Source of the DNA: a candidate division FCPU426 bacterium
GTDB taxonomy: Bacteria; Oederibacteriota; Muellerivitia; Muellerivitales; Muellerivitaceae
Reading direction: 5' to 3'
Assembly: GCA_963771075.1 (NCBI GenBank)
Contig: CAVYSE010000003.1
Coordinates: forward strand, 1 to 64,000
Length of the DNA stretch: 64,000 nucleotides
The position numbers and the translations under genes are program-made. The notes beneath the pieces were generated by a model. The model worked only from the letters and a program-made list of their open reading frames with translations. It searched no databases and was not told the origin of the DNA. Position 1 is the first letter of the stretch, and each line of letters begins with the position of its first letter. This document shows positions 50,231 to 58,785 of this stretch, piece by piece.

Positions 50231-51352
50231 TTAAAAGAACCTGGCGGATGCGAAAATGCCGGGCCCCGAAAAATCCAAACTCGTATTAGGACTATCAGCG
50301 ATTTGATTGGGGATGGGCGCGCTGGAGGTGCCATTCGTACTAGAGGTATAGGTCACCGACGCGAAAGACAAATATTGATAATAGACCCCAAAATCCAATG
50401 CCCACGTTTTTTGGGCGTCCATCATGAATTCAAGGCCCAAGGATGCCTGGACTCCCGGGGCGGAACCTCCCAGGTTTCCTGTTGCGGAGTACAAACCTGA
50501 AGCCCTGGCATACCCCATGAGTGCGTAATACCCGCCCTCAACAGAACCTATTAAATTAACCCCATCATCAACCGGCAGAATCCCTTCCGCCCTAACCGCT
50601 CCACCGATCGCGTTCTCTACGAAGCTTTGATCCAGGACATCCGCGAAATTAAGGACCTCGGTCATTTTATAAAGATATTCAAAGCGGACTCCGAGTTGAA
50701 AATTCTGGGACAAAGCGTAAGCCACTCCCAGGTTGAGGTTCGTACCGAATGGGACATCATAGTTTGAAAGGTCAACGTTGTATAAATTGGACAGATCGTC
50801 CCAACTCGCTAGCCAAAGGGTCCCCCCACACTCAAGATTTAGCTCTCCCTGCTTGCGCAGGTTAATGTTAATTCCTGCCGGAATGGGCGTGGGAGTTCCG
50901 CTGACAACGACCCGGGCATTGGGGTTGATCTCGGTTGCAATCGGGGTTGCGGTTGCGATGGGGGCTGCCGCTACTGGTGCGGTGCCTGGAACCGGTGTCG
51001 TCGATGGAACTACCCCCCTAATTTTTTGATCGTATTGGGCCAAAGTAGGGTTGTTTGGATTGATCCGCAGGCTTTGGTCGAGGGCTTGCAAGGCCTGGGA
51101 GTAGTTTTTCTCACGACAATAGCAATAACCCATCAATTGGTAAGCTTGCCAAAAATCGGGGTTTAACATAAGCGCGTATTTGCACTGTTGGATTGATTGA
51201 TCAAATTGCCCCAGTTGGTAATACTGGGCCGCCGGTTTGTAATAGTCCTCCGCAGTGTAGGCAAGCAGTGTGATGGGAAGAGTTAAAAAAAACCCGAAAA
51301 GAAACAAGACTCGAATCGATATGCGTCCGTTATTACCTTGGCGGTTTCTCAT
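50231..51352 (-). CDS. TPR + Pro/Thr linker + outer-membrane beta-barrel protein
   Basis: Signal peptide; TPR (AYQLMGYCY…ALDQSLRINP); beta-strand domain ending ASARFF. Confidence 0.75.
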   Translation of the reverse strand: MRNRQGNNGRISIRVLFLFGFFLTLPITLLAYTAEDYYKPAAQYYQLGQFDQSIQQCKYALMLNPDFWQAYQLMGYCYCREKNYSQALQALDQSLRINPNNPTLAQYDQKIRGVVPSTTPVPGTAPVAAAPIATATPIATEINPNARVVVSGTPTPIPAGININLRKQGELNLECGGTLWLASWDDLSNLYNVDLSNYDVPFGTNLNLGVAYALSQNFQLGVRFEYLYKMTEVLNFADVLDQSFVENAIGGAVRAEGILPVDDGVNLIGSVEGGYYALMGYARASGLYSATGNLGGSAPGVQASLGLEFMMDAQKTWALDFGVYYQYLSFASVTYTSSTNGTSSAPIPNQIADSPNTSLDFSGPGIFASARFF

Positions 51353-51443
51353 AAACACTCCCTGGTTAATTTAGGTGTTATTCCCATTAGCTCAAAATCC
51401 AAACGCACTCATTTTTTCATAAAAGGTCCTGCCTGAAAACCCT

Positions 51444-52028
51444 TTAATTTCCCAAGGTCACCCATTGGCTATTGGCCAAGTCCACCCCTATCACCATGGT
51501 GTTGTTGCTCGATTCGGTGAATTCCTTGGGATTCAAACCTTTTAAGATGATCTTGTATATGCCGTATTTGATGGGTTTGGCGGAAGCTGAAAAAATCTCC
51601 GCCCAACCCGGGTCAAAGAGGTAATAGGCATTATTAGGTTTTTTCGCGTCGATCAGGTAAGCCTTACCGCTTAAACACCAAAATGAAAGTGTTGTTCCGT
51701 TCAAAGTCTTGAAATAACCGGAAAAATTGGTATCCGGATTATAAAGTTGAAGGTTATTGAACCTTTTCAACAAAGGCTTATTTCCAGTATAGACCGTCCG
51801 TTCCTCGATGGGTTTCCCTTCCGAAAAAATACCAGAATCCTTCATTTCCAACAGGAGCGCGGGCAAATTCTCATTAAACGTAATAATCTTGATCGGGTGA
51901 GCTTGGATGATCGTCCCCGTGGCGGGAGTCGGCTTTGCAGGTTGAGAAGGTATATTTTGTGAATAGTTTTTTTCAGGAATCGCCAAGGCCACCAACTGCA
52001 ACAGGAATAAAAATATAAAACGCTTCAT
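51444..52028 (-). CDS. secreted hypothetical protein
   Basis: Signal peptide MKRFIFLFLLQLVALA. Confidence 0.6.
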   Translation of the reverse strand: MKRFIFLFLLQLVALAIPEKNYSQNIPSQPAKPTPATGTIIQAHPIKIITFNENLPALLLEMKDSGIFSEGKPIEERTVYTGNKPLLKRFNNLQLYNPDTNFSGYFKTLNGTTLSFWCLSGKAYLIDAKKPNNAYYLFDPGWAEIFSASAKPIKYGIYKIILKGLNPKEFTESSNNTMVIGVDLANSQWVTLGN

Positions 52029-52100
52029 GACCACGCCTTTCTTAAAACTACCTGCCCTTCCCCATACATCTATCCTTTGATTTTAGCAAAAAGTAAATAT

Positions 52101-53222
52101 TTATTGATCGAACAATCTGTCCTGATTGGCCAAATCAGTGAAAAATCTCGCTTTCAACTTCCCCTCCTTCCATTCCCCCTCAGGGGTGGAATCCCAAATA
52201 ATACCTCCGCCGATGCCCAGCTCGCCCCGTCCGCCTTCCAACAAGAGGGTCCGGATGGGGATATTGAAATACATGTCTTTATTCGGTGTGATGTAACCGA
52301 TCGCGCCGGTGTAAATATTTCGCTTTTCCACTTCTATTTCCCGAATGATCTCCATGGCCCTGATTTTGGGTGCCCCAGTCACGGATCCAGATGGAAAAAG
52401 GGCTTTAAAGAGATCGTAAACCCTTATGTTCGCGTTAATTTCAGCGCCAATGGTCGATGTCATCTGAAAAAGGGTCTTATAGGAAGCCACCTCGAAGAGC
52501 CGGGGGACACGGACTCCCTTTCCGATCCTCCCCAGGTCATTTCTCAAAAGGTCGGTGATCATGACGTTCTCCGCCCTGTTCTTTTCATCCCGTTCGAAGT
52601 TTCGCCTGGCCCACAGGTCACGGAAGAAACCTTTCTCCCTGGGCCAAGTGCCCTTCATGGGTTTGGTGGTGATGTAAGTTCCCCTCTTTCTCAAGAACAT
52701 CTCCGGAGAAAGGGAGAGGATGATCCGCTCCTTAGTTTCCAAATAAGCGGCGTAAGGCACTGGTTGCTGGTGCAGCAGGGTTTGGTAAAGTGAAAAGGGG
52801 TCGCCTTCAAAACCAAAATGGATCTTGAGGCAATAGGTGATCTGATAGACATCCCCGGCGGCGATGTAATCCCGAACGCGGTTGATGTTCCGGTCATAAT
52901 CCTTGCGGGTCATATTCAACCTCAGGCGGGTGATGTTCGTGGAAACAGGAATGGATAGAACCGGATTGGGTTTCTGATTTGGCGCTTCAAAAATGCCAAA
53001 GTAAAACAGGGGAAATGGATTCTTACGTTTGAAGGAGAATTTACCCTCGAAAGCGTAACCCGCCTCATAAGACAGGAAACCGGCGGCATAGAGGCCTTGA
53101 CTTAAGGCCCTTTCAAGCTCATTGAAGGCGTCAGGAATTCCATTGGGCTCATGGCAGGAGATGACGCGGATGGGATTGACGAATGCAAGGCGTGCTTGTT
53201 TGAAGTGAAATAGAATCCTCAA
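52101..53222 (-). CDS. pabB: aminodeoxychorismate synthase component I
   Basis: GDVYQ, SLSPEMF, PMKGT, ENVMITDLLRND, FPSGSVTGAPK. Confidence 0.88.
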   Translation of the reverse strand: MRILFHFKQARLAFVNPIRVISCHEPNGIPDAFNELERALSQGLYAAGFLSYEAGYAFEGKFSFKRKNPFPLFYFGIFEAPNQKPNPVLSIPVSTNITRLRLNMTRKDYDRNINRVRDYIAAGDVYQITYCLKIHFGFEGDPFSLYQTLLHQQPVPYAAYLETKERIILSLSPEMFLRKRGTYITTKPMKGTWPREKGFFRDLWARRNFERDEKNRAENVMITDLLRNDLGRIGKGVRVPRLFEVASYKTLFQMTSTIGAEINANIRVYDLFKALFPSGSVTGAPKIRAMEIIREIEVEKRNIYTGAIGYITPNKDMYFNIPIRTLLLEGGRGELGIGGGIIWDSTPEGEWKEGKLKARFFTDLANQDRLFDQ

Positions 53223-53243
53223 TAAGGTTCCCTGATTTTCAAC

Positions 53244-53771
53244 TTATGCCACCGGCTTCGCCATAACGATGCTCCGGTAATTGGTCACGGCCCATTGGGT
53301 CGTGGAAACCGGGGTATAACCGTGCCGACGATACATGGCGATAAGTTCCACCGCTTGTTCCGCCGTATCCATGGCTATCTCCAATGACTTTTTTTCCATT
53401 GCCCGGTCCTCCACTCGAATTATCAGTTCCCGGGCGATGCCCCGGTTCTGTAGCGACCGTTTTACGGCGTATTGAGCGAAATGAACTAATCCGGGTTTTC
53501 GATAATACTCGCAGGGGCTGTCGGGTTTCGAGGGGTAGAGAGAAATGGTCCCGGCCAATTGGCCTTCCCAAAAAGCCAGGTAAGCATCACCCCGGGTCAG
53601 TCGTTCCAAGGTCTTTTCGGGGGACTGGTGGGAAGCTAGGTAACGCAAGCCCCTTTGGGCAAGAGGGGCGTAAGCCTCATGAAGTAGATCCGTCAGGGGT
53701 TCCACGAGGGACTGGTGTTGGACCCAGTCAAAAAATTCGATTTCCAAGGATCCCAAAGGAATTGCCCCCAT
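53244..53771 (-). CDS. GNAT family N-acetyltransferase
   Basis: QYAVKRSLQNRGIA, DTAEQA…MYRRHGY. Confidence 0.88.
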   Translation of the reverse strand: MGAIPLGSLEIEFFDWVQHQSLVEPLTDLLHEAYAPLAQRGLRYLASHQSPEKTLERLTRGDAYLAFWEGQLAGTISLYPSKPDSPCEYYRKPGLVHFAQYAVKRSLQNRGIARELIIRVEDRAMEKKSLEIAMDTAEQAVELIAMYRRHGYTPVSTTQWAVTNYRSIVMAKPVA

Positions 53772-53784
53772 ATTCCCTATCGGG

Positions 53785-55437
53785 CTAAATCTCCATTACT
53801 ACCGGCAGAATCATGGGGCGCCGGTTGGATTGGGCGGAAAAAAATTTTTGCAGGGACTTGCGCATGGTTTCCTTCACCGAGCCCCAATCGTTGACCCTCT
53901 CGTGGACTTCACCCTCCAAGGCTTTTTTTAATGTTTCCTTGGCATCGCGCATGAGTTGGTCCGATAGGCTCTCGGAAAATCCACGGGTAACCAGGTCGGG
54001 GCCTCCCACGATGGCGCCTTTTTGGACATCCACACTTAACATGGCCACGACCACTCCATCCTGAGAAAGATGCAACCGGTCCCGTAAAACTACGGTGCCC
54101 ACATCGGACAGGCTCTTTCCATCCACCAGGATGGTGCCTCCCTCGGATTCCTTCTCGATTCGGACATCCTCTTCTTCAACCACCAGTTTTTCCCCATTCT
54201 CAAGAACGAAGGTATTGTTGGGCGAAACCCCGACTTCCTCGGCCAAACGGGCGTGAAGGACCAGGTGGCGGTACTCTCCATGGACGGGAACGAAATATTG
54301 GGGTTTCACCAATGCCAGCATGATCTTTTGTTCTTCCCGGCAAGCGTGCCCCGAGACATGGATTTCGGAAACGGCCTCGTAAAGAACCTCGGCGCCTTTG
54401 CGATAAAGCAGGTTGATGATGTTGGAAATGGCCCGTTCGTTGCCGGGAATAGTGCGCGCCGAAAGAAGGACCATGTCGTCGGACTGGACCGAAATTTGTT
54501 TGTGGTCCCCCATGGCCATGCGGGTAACGCTGGACATGGGCTCTCCCTGGCTTCCGGTAGTGACGATGACCACTTCCTTCGGGTCCATTCCCTTCAGGTT
54601 ATCCGGTGAGATCAAAAGGTTGGAGGCCACGTGCATGAAGCCCAGGTCGCGGGCCACCTGAGTGTTGCGGATCATGCTGCGCCCCATGATGCAGACCTTG
54701 CGGTTGACTTTCTTAGCGGACTCGATGACCTGCTGGACTCGATGGATATTACTAGCGAAACAAGCCACGATGATGCGACGCTTAGCCTTTGGAAAAATAC
54801 GGTCGAATTCTTCACCCACAACCTTTTCCGAAAGGGTATATCCCTCCCTTTCCACGTTGGTGGAATCGGAAAGGAGTAATAGTACTCCCTTGGAGCCGTA
54901 ATCGGCAAAGCGGTTCAGGTCGATCGGAACGCCGTCAATAGGGGTGGGGTCGATCTTGAAATCGCCCGTGTGAATAACGACTCCCTGCGGGGTGGTGATC
55001 GCCAGCCCGCAGCCATCCACGATACTGTGGGTGACTCGGATGAACTCGATCTTGAAATCACCCAAGGTGAATGGAATCTTGGGGTCGGCCTCGATCAACT
55101 GGGGCTTTTCAGGCAGGGTGAACTCCTCCAGCTTGGCCTTAACAAAGCCCAGGGTCAGTTTGGTGCCGTAAATGGGGACATTTAGCTTTTGCAATAAATA
55201 AGGCACGGCACCGATATGGTCTTCATGCCCGTGGGTCAATAGAACAGCCTGAAGATAACCGGGTTTTTCCGCAAGAAAATTAAAGTCCGGGATGATGTAA
55301 TCCACTCCCGGGTGCCGGTCATCAGGGAACATCAACCCCGCGTCGATCATGACGGCATGGTCGCCATATTCGAGCAAAGCCATGTTTTTGCCGATTTCGC
55401 CCAATCCACCTAAGGGAATAAAGGATAGTTTTTCCAA
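53785..55437 (-). CDS. rnj: ribonuclease J
   Basis: PLGGLGEIGKN, THGHEDHIG, HTGDFK, HVSGH, PVHGE. Confidence 0.96.
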   Translation of the reverse strand: MEKLSFIPLGGLGEIGKNMALLEYGDHAVMIDAGLMFPDDRHPGVDYIIPDFNFLAEKPGYLQAVLLTHGHEDHIGAVPYLLQKLNVPIYGTKLTLGFVKAKLEEFTLPEKPQLIEADPKIPFTLGDFKIEFIRVTHSIVDGCGLAITTPQGVVIHTGDFKIDPTPIDGVPIDLNRFADYGSKGVLLLLSDSTNVEREGYTLSEKVVGEEFDRIFPKAKRRIIVACFASNIHRVQQVIESAKKVNRKVCIMGRSMIRNTQVARDLGFMHVASNLLISPDNLKGMDPKEVVIVTTGSQGEPMSSVTRMAMGDHKQISVQSDDMVLLSARTIPGNERAISNIINLLYRKGAEVLYEAVSEIHVSGHACREEQKIMLALVKPQYFVPVHGEYRHLVLHARLAEEVGVSPNNTFVLENGEKLVVEEEDVRIEKESEGGTILVDGKSLSDVGTVVLRDRLHLSQDGVVVAMLSVDVQKGAIVGGPDLVTRGFSESLSDQLMRDAKETLKKALEGEVHERVNDWGSVKETMRKSLQKFFSAQSNRRPMILPVVMEI

Positions 55438-55570
55438 TGGAAATTTTCTCCTAATACAGATAAAGGTTCAAATTCAGGCCCAGGAGGGTCGGTTAAAAAA
55501 ACCATAATGACTAAGGGGCTTTAAAGGTTTAGAAACGATCTGACAAGTTCAAAGCCAATTTTGGAGGAAT

Positions 55571-56278
55571 CTATCGGTTCCCGAAGTTGTCGTCCATGGG
55601 TGGGCGGTTTCCACCACCTTGTCCCTGGCCCTGTCGACGGGAATCACGATCCCCCCAGCTTTTTCGACGGCCTGCGTCTCGACGGACACCCATTCCGTTA
55701 TCACCCCGGCTGGTAAATCCCCCGTTATCGTTTCGCCCAGTGTATCCACCTGCAATGCCGGGGCGGTTGAACCCACCGGTATCCCGGTAACCGCCTTGGT
55801 AACCACCGTTCTTGTTTGAGTCCCGATATCCCCCGCCGTTGTTGCGATTTGGATTATAGGACCCACGCGAATCGCCTTGCCCATTACCCGACCGTTGACC
55901 GCCACCTCCCCAGCTATTGGGTCGGGACTGATTAAACCCGTTATTTCGGGGGCCGGAAAAACCGTTGCCGCCCGATCCGCCGGAAGAGCGGCGACCGTTT
56001 CCATTTGAGGGCGCGTTCGATTTGCGGTCTTCCATGGGCCTGGCTTCATTGACCACGATTTTACGGTCGCCAATGGCAAAACCATTCATTTTTTCCTTAG
56101 CAACGTCCGCCTCGGCGTCCGTGCCCATTTCCACAAAACCAAAACCTTTGGATCGGCCCGTTAATTTATCCGCGATAATTTTCGCACTCGCCACGGTTCC
56201 ACAAGCGGAGAACATTTCCGCCAATTGCGGCTCGGTGGTCTGAAATGGCAGGCTCCCAACATAGAGGCGTTTTCCCAT
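55571..56278 (-). CDS. RRM RNA-binding protein with long Gly/Arg/Asn-rich tail
   Basis: RNP2 LYVGSL, RNP1 KGFGFVEM, VNEARP. Confidence 0.93.
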   Translation of the reverse strand: MGKRLYVGSLPFQTTEPQLAEMFSACGTVASAKIIADKLTGRSKGFGFVEMGTDAEADVAKEKMNGFAIGDRKIVVNEARPMEDRKSNAPSNGNGRRSSGGSGGNGFSGPRNNGFNQSRPNSWGGGGQRSGNGQGDSRGSYNPNRNNGGGYRDSNKNGGYQGGYRDTGGFNRPGIAGGYTGRNDNGGFTSRGDNGMGVRRDAGRRKSWGDRDSRRQGQGQGGGNRPPMDDNFGNR

Positions 56279-56305
56279 AAGCTTCCCTTTCCTTGTTATG
56301 AGGCC

Positions 56306-57142
56306 CTAAACAGCGGCCCTATCCCCTAAAAAACCGACTGACAAATCACTGGTCAAAAACTTTAGTTTAAACTCATCCATTTCGGCCATCTTTGCGTAAG
56401 TCTTCTGGAGGATATATTCCGGATCCATGCCAACTTGGTCGCCGTATGGTTTGAGACTGCGGACCTCTCCAACCGCCAATCGTGCGAAAAAGTTCCACCA
56501 CACCCTCAGGATTATGGTTTTAAATGGTCCCGAATGGTCCATAAGTGTTTGAACGCCCAATCGGGTGCCCGCGATATGACGAGACTCGTCCTTAAGCATA
56601 AGCTTGATCATTTCCTTCCCGGTGGGATCGATAGCCTCTAACTCCAGTGACCTCTGAAAGATGGCGCCAGCCAAGGTCTCGGTGAAATAGGTGGCCAAAA
56701 TCCAGCGTTCCACTGCCATGGGACCATTCGTGGAAAGGGCTACCAGAAAGTCGAAAGCTTTTTGCTTGGCAGGTGGCGAATTCAACTTGTAGAGATATTT
56801 ACGGAATACGAACAAATGTTTGGACTCATCGTAGCATTGGGTCGAGTAGTAGGTCACCATGTCGTTGAGCTTGTACTGGTGGGCAGCCTTGTTCATCAGG
56901 CGCTGGATGATTTCTAAACCCTGCCATTCCCCCTCGTAGAAATAATGGAGGATGTTGATCCAGCCTTCCTTGATGGAGCCCAGTTCGATCGGGTGGTTCC
57001 AATCAATCGCTGATTCGGGATTCCAATCGGCTGCAAAAGCCATACGGGAAAGTCCATCCCAGGTTTTCGCATTTGGTTTTTGAAGCACATCGGATTGAGA
57101 CTCAACCTTGATTCCATCCTGAACGGCGGGTAAATTCCCCAT
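56306..57142 (-). CDS. ferritin-like diiron protein (AurF/desaturase-like)
   Basis: IDW, EGE, DESKH, E, DESRH ligand pattern. Confidence 0.8.
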   Translation of the reverse strand: MGNLPAVQDGIKVESQSDVLQKPNAKTWDGLSRMAFAADWNPESAIDWNHPIELGSIKEGWINILHYFYEGEWQGLEIIQRLMNKAAHQYKLNDMVTYYSTQCYDESKHLFVFRKYLYKLNSPPAKQKAFDFLVALSTNGPMAVERWILATYFTETLAGAIFQRSLELEAIDPTGKEMIKLMLKDESRHIAGTRLGVQTLMDHSGPFKTIILRVWWNFFARLAVGEVRSLKPYGDQVGMDPEYILQKTYAKMAEMDEFKLKFLTSDLSVGFLGDRAAV

Positions 57143-57734
57143 GAATGTTCCTTCTTAAGATTGGCATCCTTGAATGCCATGTTATGTAAACCTGGTTAGT
57201 TACTAATCAATTCGCCAGCTTCTTTTATCAAATCCCAAAAGGCAGAGAGATTTTGATCCCCATCGGGCAATAGGAATGGGATATACCCCTTCCAGATTTA
57301 ATCTCAGGAACTCCTGGAATTAGTTGTCTCAATAGACGAGCCTGGAACAAAGCTTCTGGAAAAAAACATCATCCCGAAAGGACTTCTTCAAACCCAAGAT
57401 CCGAAAACGACCTAATCCCACAAATCAACCCAAATCCCAATACTCTGTCCCAAATTGGGTTGAGCCGATAAAATTTGTTTCGGTTGTCTCGAGAAAATCA
57501 AAACCAAGGAGTTTTCCTGAATGTTCTCGCCATTTGAACTCAAAACCTTCGAGCGGGCCCCATTTTCATTACTTATTTTCTGATGTTGAAAAAAGTTGGG
57601 GGAATCTCATTCCATCCAAACCAAGACTAACGGGACATTTCTGGTTTCAAACATTATCTTTTAATGAACGCGGGTATCAATATCCCGCTTTTAGCTCCTT
57701 CTTTCAACCTTTTCTTGATGGAAATCAGCTTGTT

Positions 57735-58736
57735 TTATGGGTTTTTATCAGAACCGGGACCAGGAGAGCTGAAATTTAACAAATCTTTTTCATCTTTTGG
57801 TCCTTGAGGAAGGACAGCCTCTTGGCCAAGTGCGAATCGGTTATATCTCTGAACTGCGTTGAATTTGGCCGATTCCGCCCCCTTCAGAAAAAGTTCCCCA
57901 AGCATACCCACAACGGCACTGAAAGCAAAACCCCAGACACAGGCTGTTTTATCATTAGAATCGGCTGTGGAAAAATAGCCTACCGCGCTCCCCAAACAAC
58001 CCGCCCCCCCAATTACTGCCAGAACACTTCCCGTGGTACCATTCGCCTCACATTCACTGAACTGGTGTTGAACTTCAAAATCATTTGACTTAACAAAAAG
58101 AGTCTTAAAATCGCTATCCGACCCTAATTTTTTACCCGCACACTCATACTCAAAACCGTTCAAGGTGGAAAAGCAACTATGAATGGGTAACAAACCGCTT
58201 ATTGGTTTCGAGCCATGGGTGTCCGCCATTTGCTTCCAATAAATCCGGTTCGATTTTTCTACGGCATTAAACATGGATGTATCGGCTTGATCTAAAGAAA
58301 AGGACCCTGCGATCCTCAAACCCACCCCTCCCAAAAAGAGGCCCCAACCCGTCGTCTGGTCGGCATTAGAGCTTGCGACGATAAGGCCCGCTCCAATAAG
58401 TCCCAAACCCGAACCCAAACCGTTGAACCAACCGGCGCTGTCCTTGGAGGATTGGCTGGTTTTCAATAACCTGGAAATTTCATCGTTTTGGAGGGCACCC
58501 AAACCTTTTACCAAATCCGGCGTATCGATTGTTTCCTGGTGCTTGGAATAAAGTTGGAAATCGAGAACTCCCAAGAAGGAAATACGCTGTATATCCACGG
58601 GTGGAACGAGAGTCACAGACTCATCTGTTACTTTCAGAGGCTCTCCTGCCCAAATCAAATTAGGAACCATTCCCCAAAAAGTCATGAACCAAAGGGCACC
58701 CAATACCCTCAAACAATACAAGGGGTTACCTCTCAA
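57735..58736 (-). CDS. hypothetical envelope protein with an internal duplication
   Basis: Signal-like N-terminus; two Gly-rich hairpin units, each ending FNAV..xNR. Confidence 0.65.
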   Translation of the reverse strand: MRGNPLYCLRVLGALWFMTFWGMVPNLIWAGEPLKVTDESVTLVPPVDIQRISFLGVLDFQLYSKHQETIDTPDLVKGLGALQNDEISRLLKTSQSSKDSAGWFNGLGSGLGLIGAGLIVASSNADQTTGWGLFLGGVGLRIAGSFSLDQADTSMFNAVEKSNRIYWKQMADTHGSKPISGLLPIHSCFSTLNGFEYECAGKKLGSDSDFKTLFVKSNDFEVQHQFSECEANGTTGSVLAVIGGAGCLGSAVGYFSTADSNDKTACVWGFAFSAVVGMLGELFLKGAESAKFNAVQRYNRFALGQEAVLPQGPKDEKDLLNFSSPGPGSDKNP

Positions 58737-58785
58737 ATAAAAGTTGTTGAATTATAACGAAAAGAAAGGAAAAGAGGTAATTCGC

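Noticed and set aside
57534..57779. 81-aa plus-strand ORF
   Set aside because: TTG start, no motifs, overlaps the convergent gene
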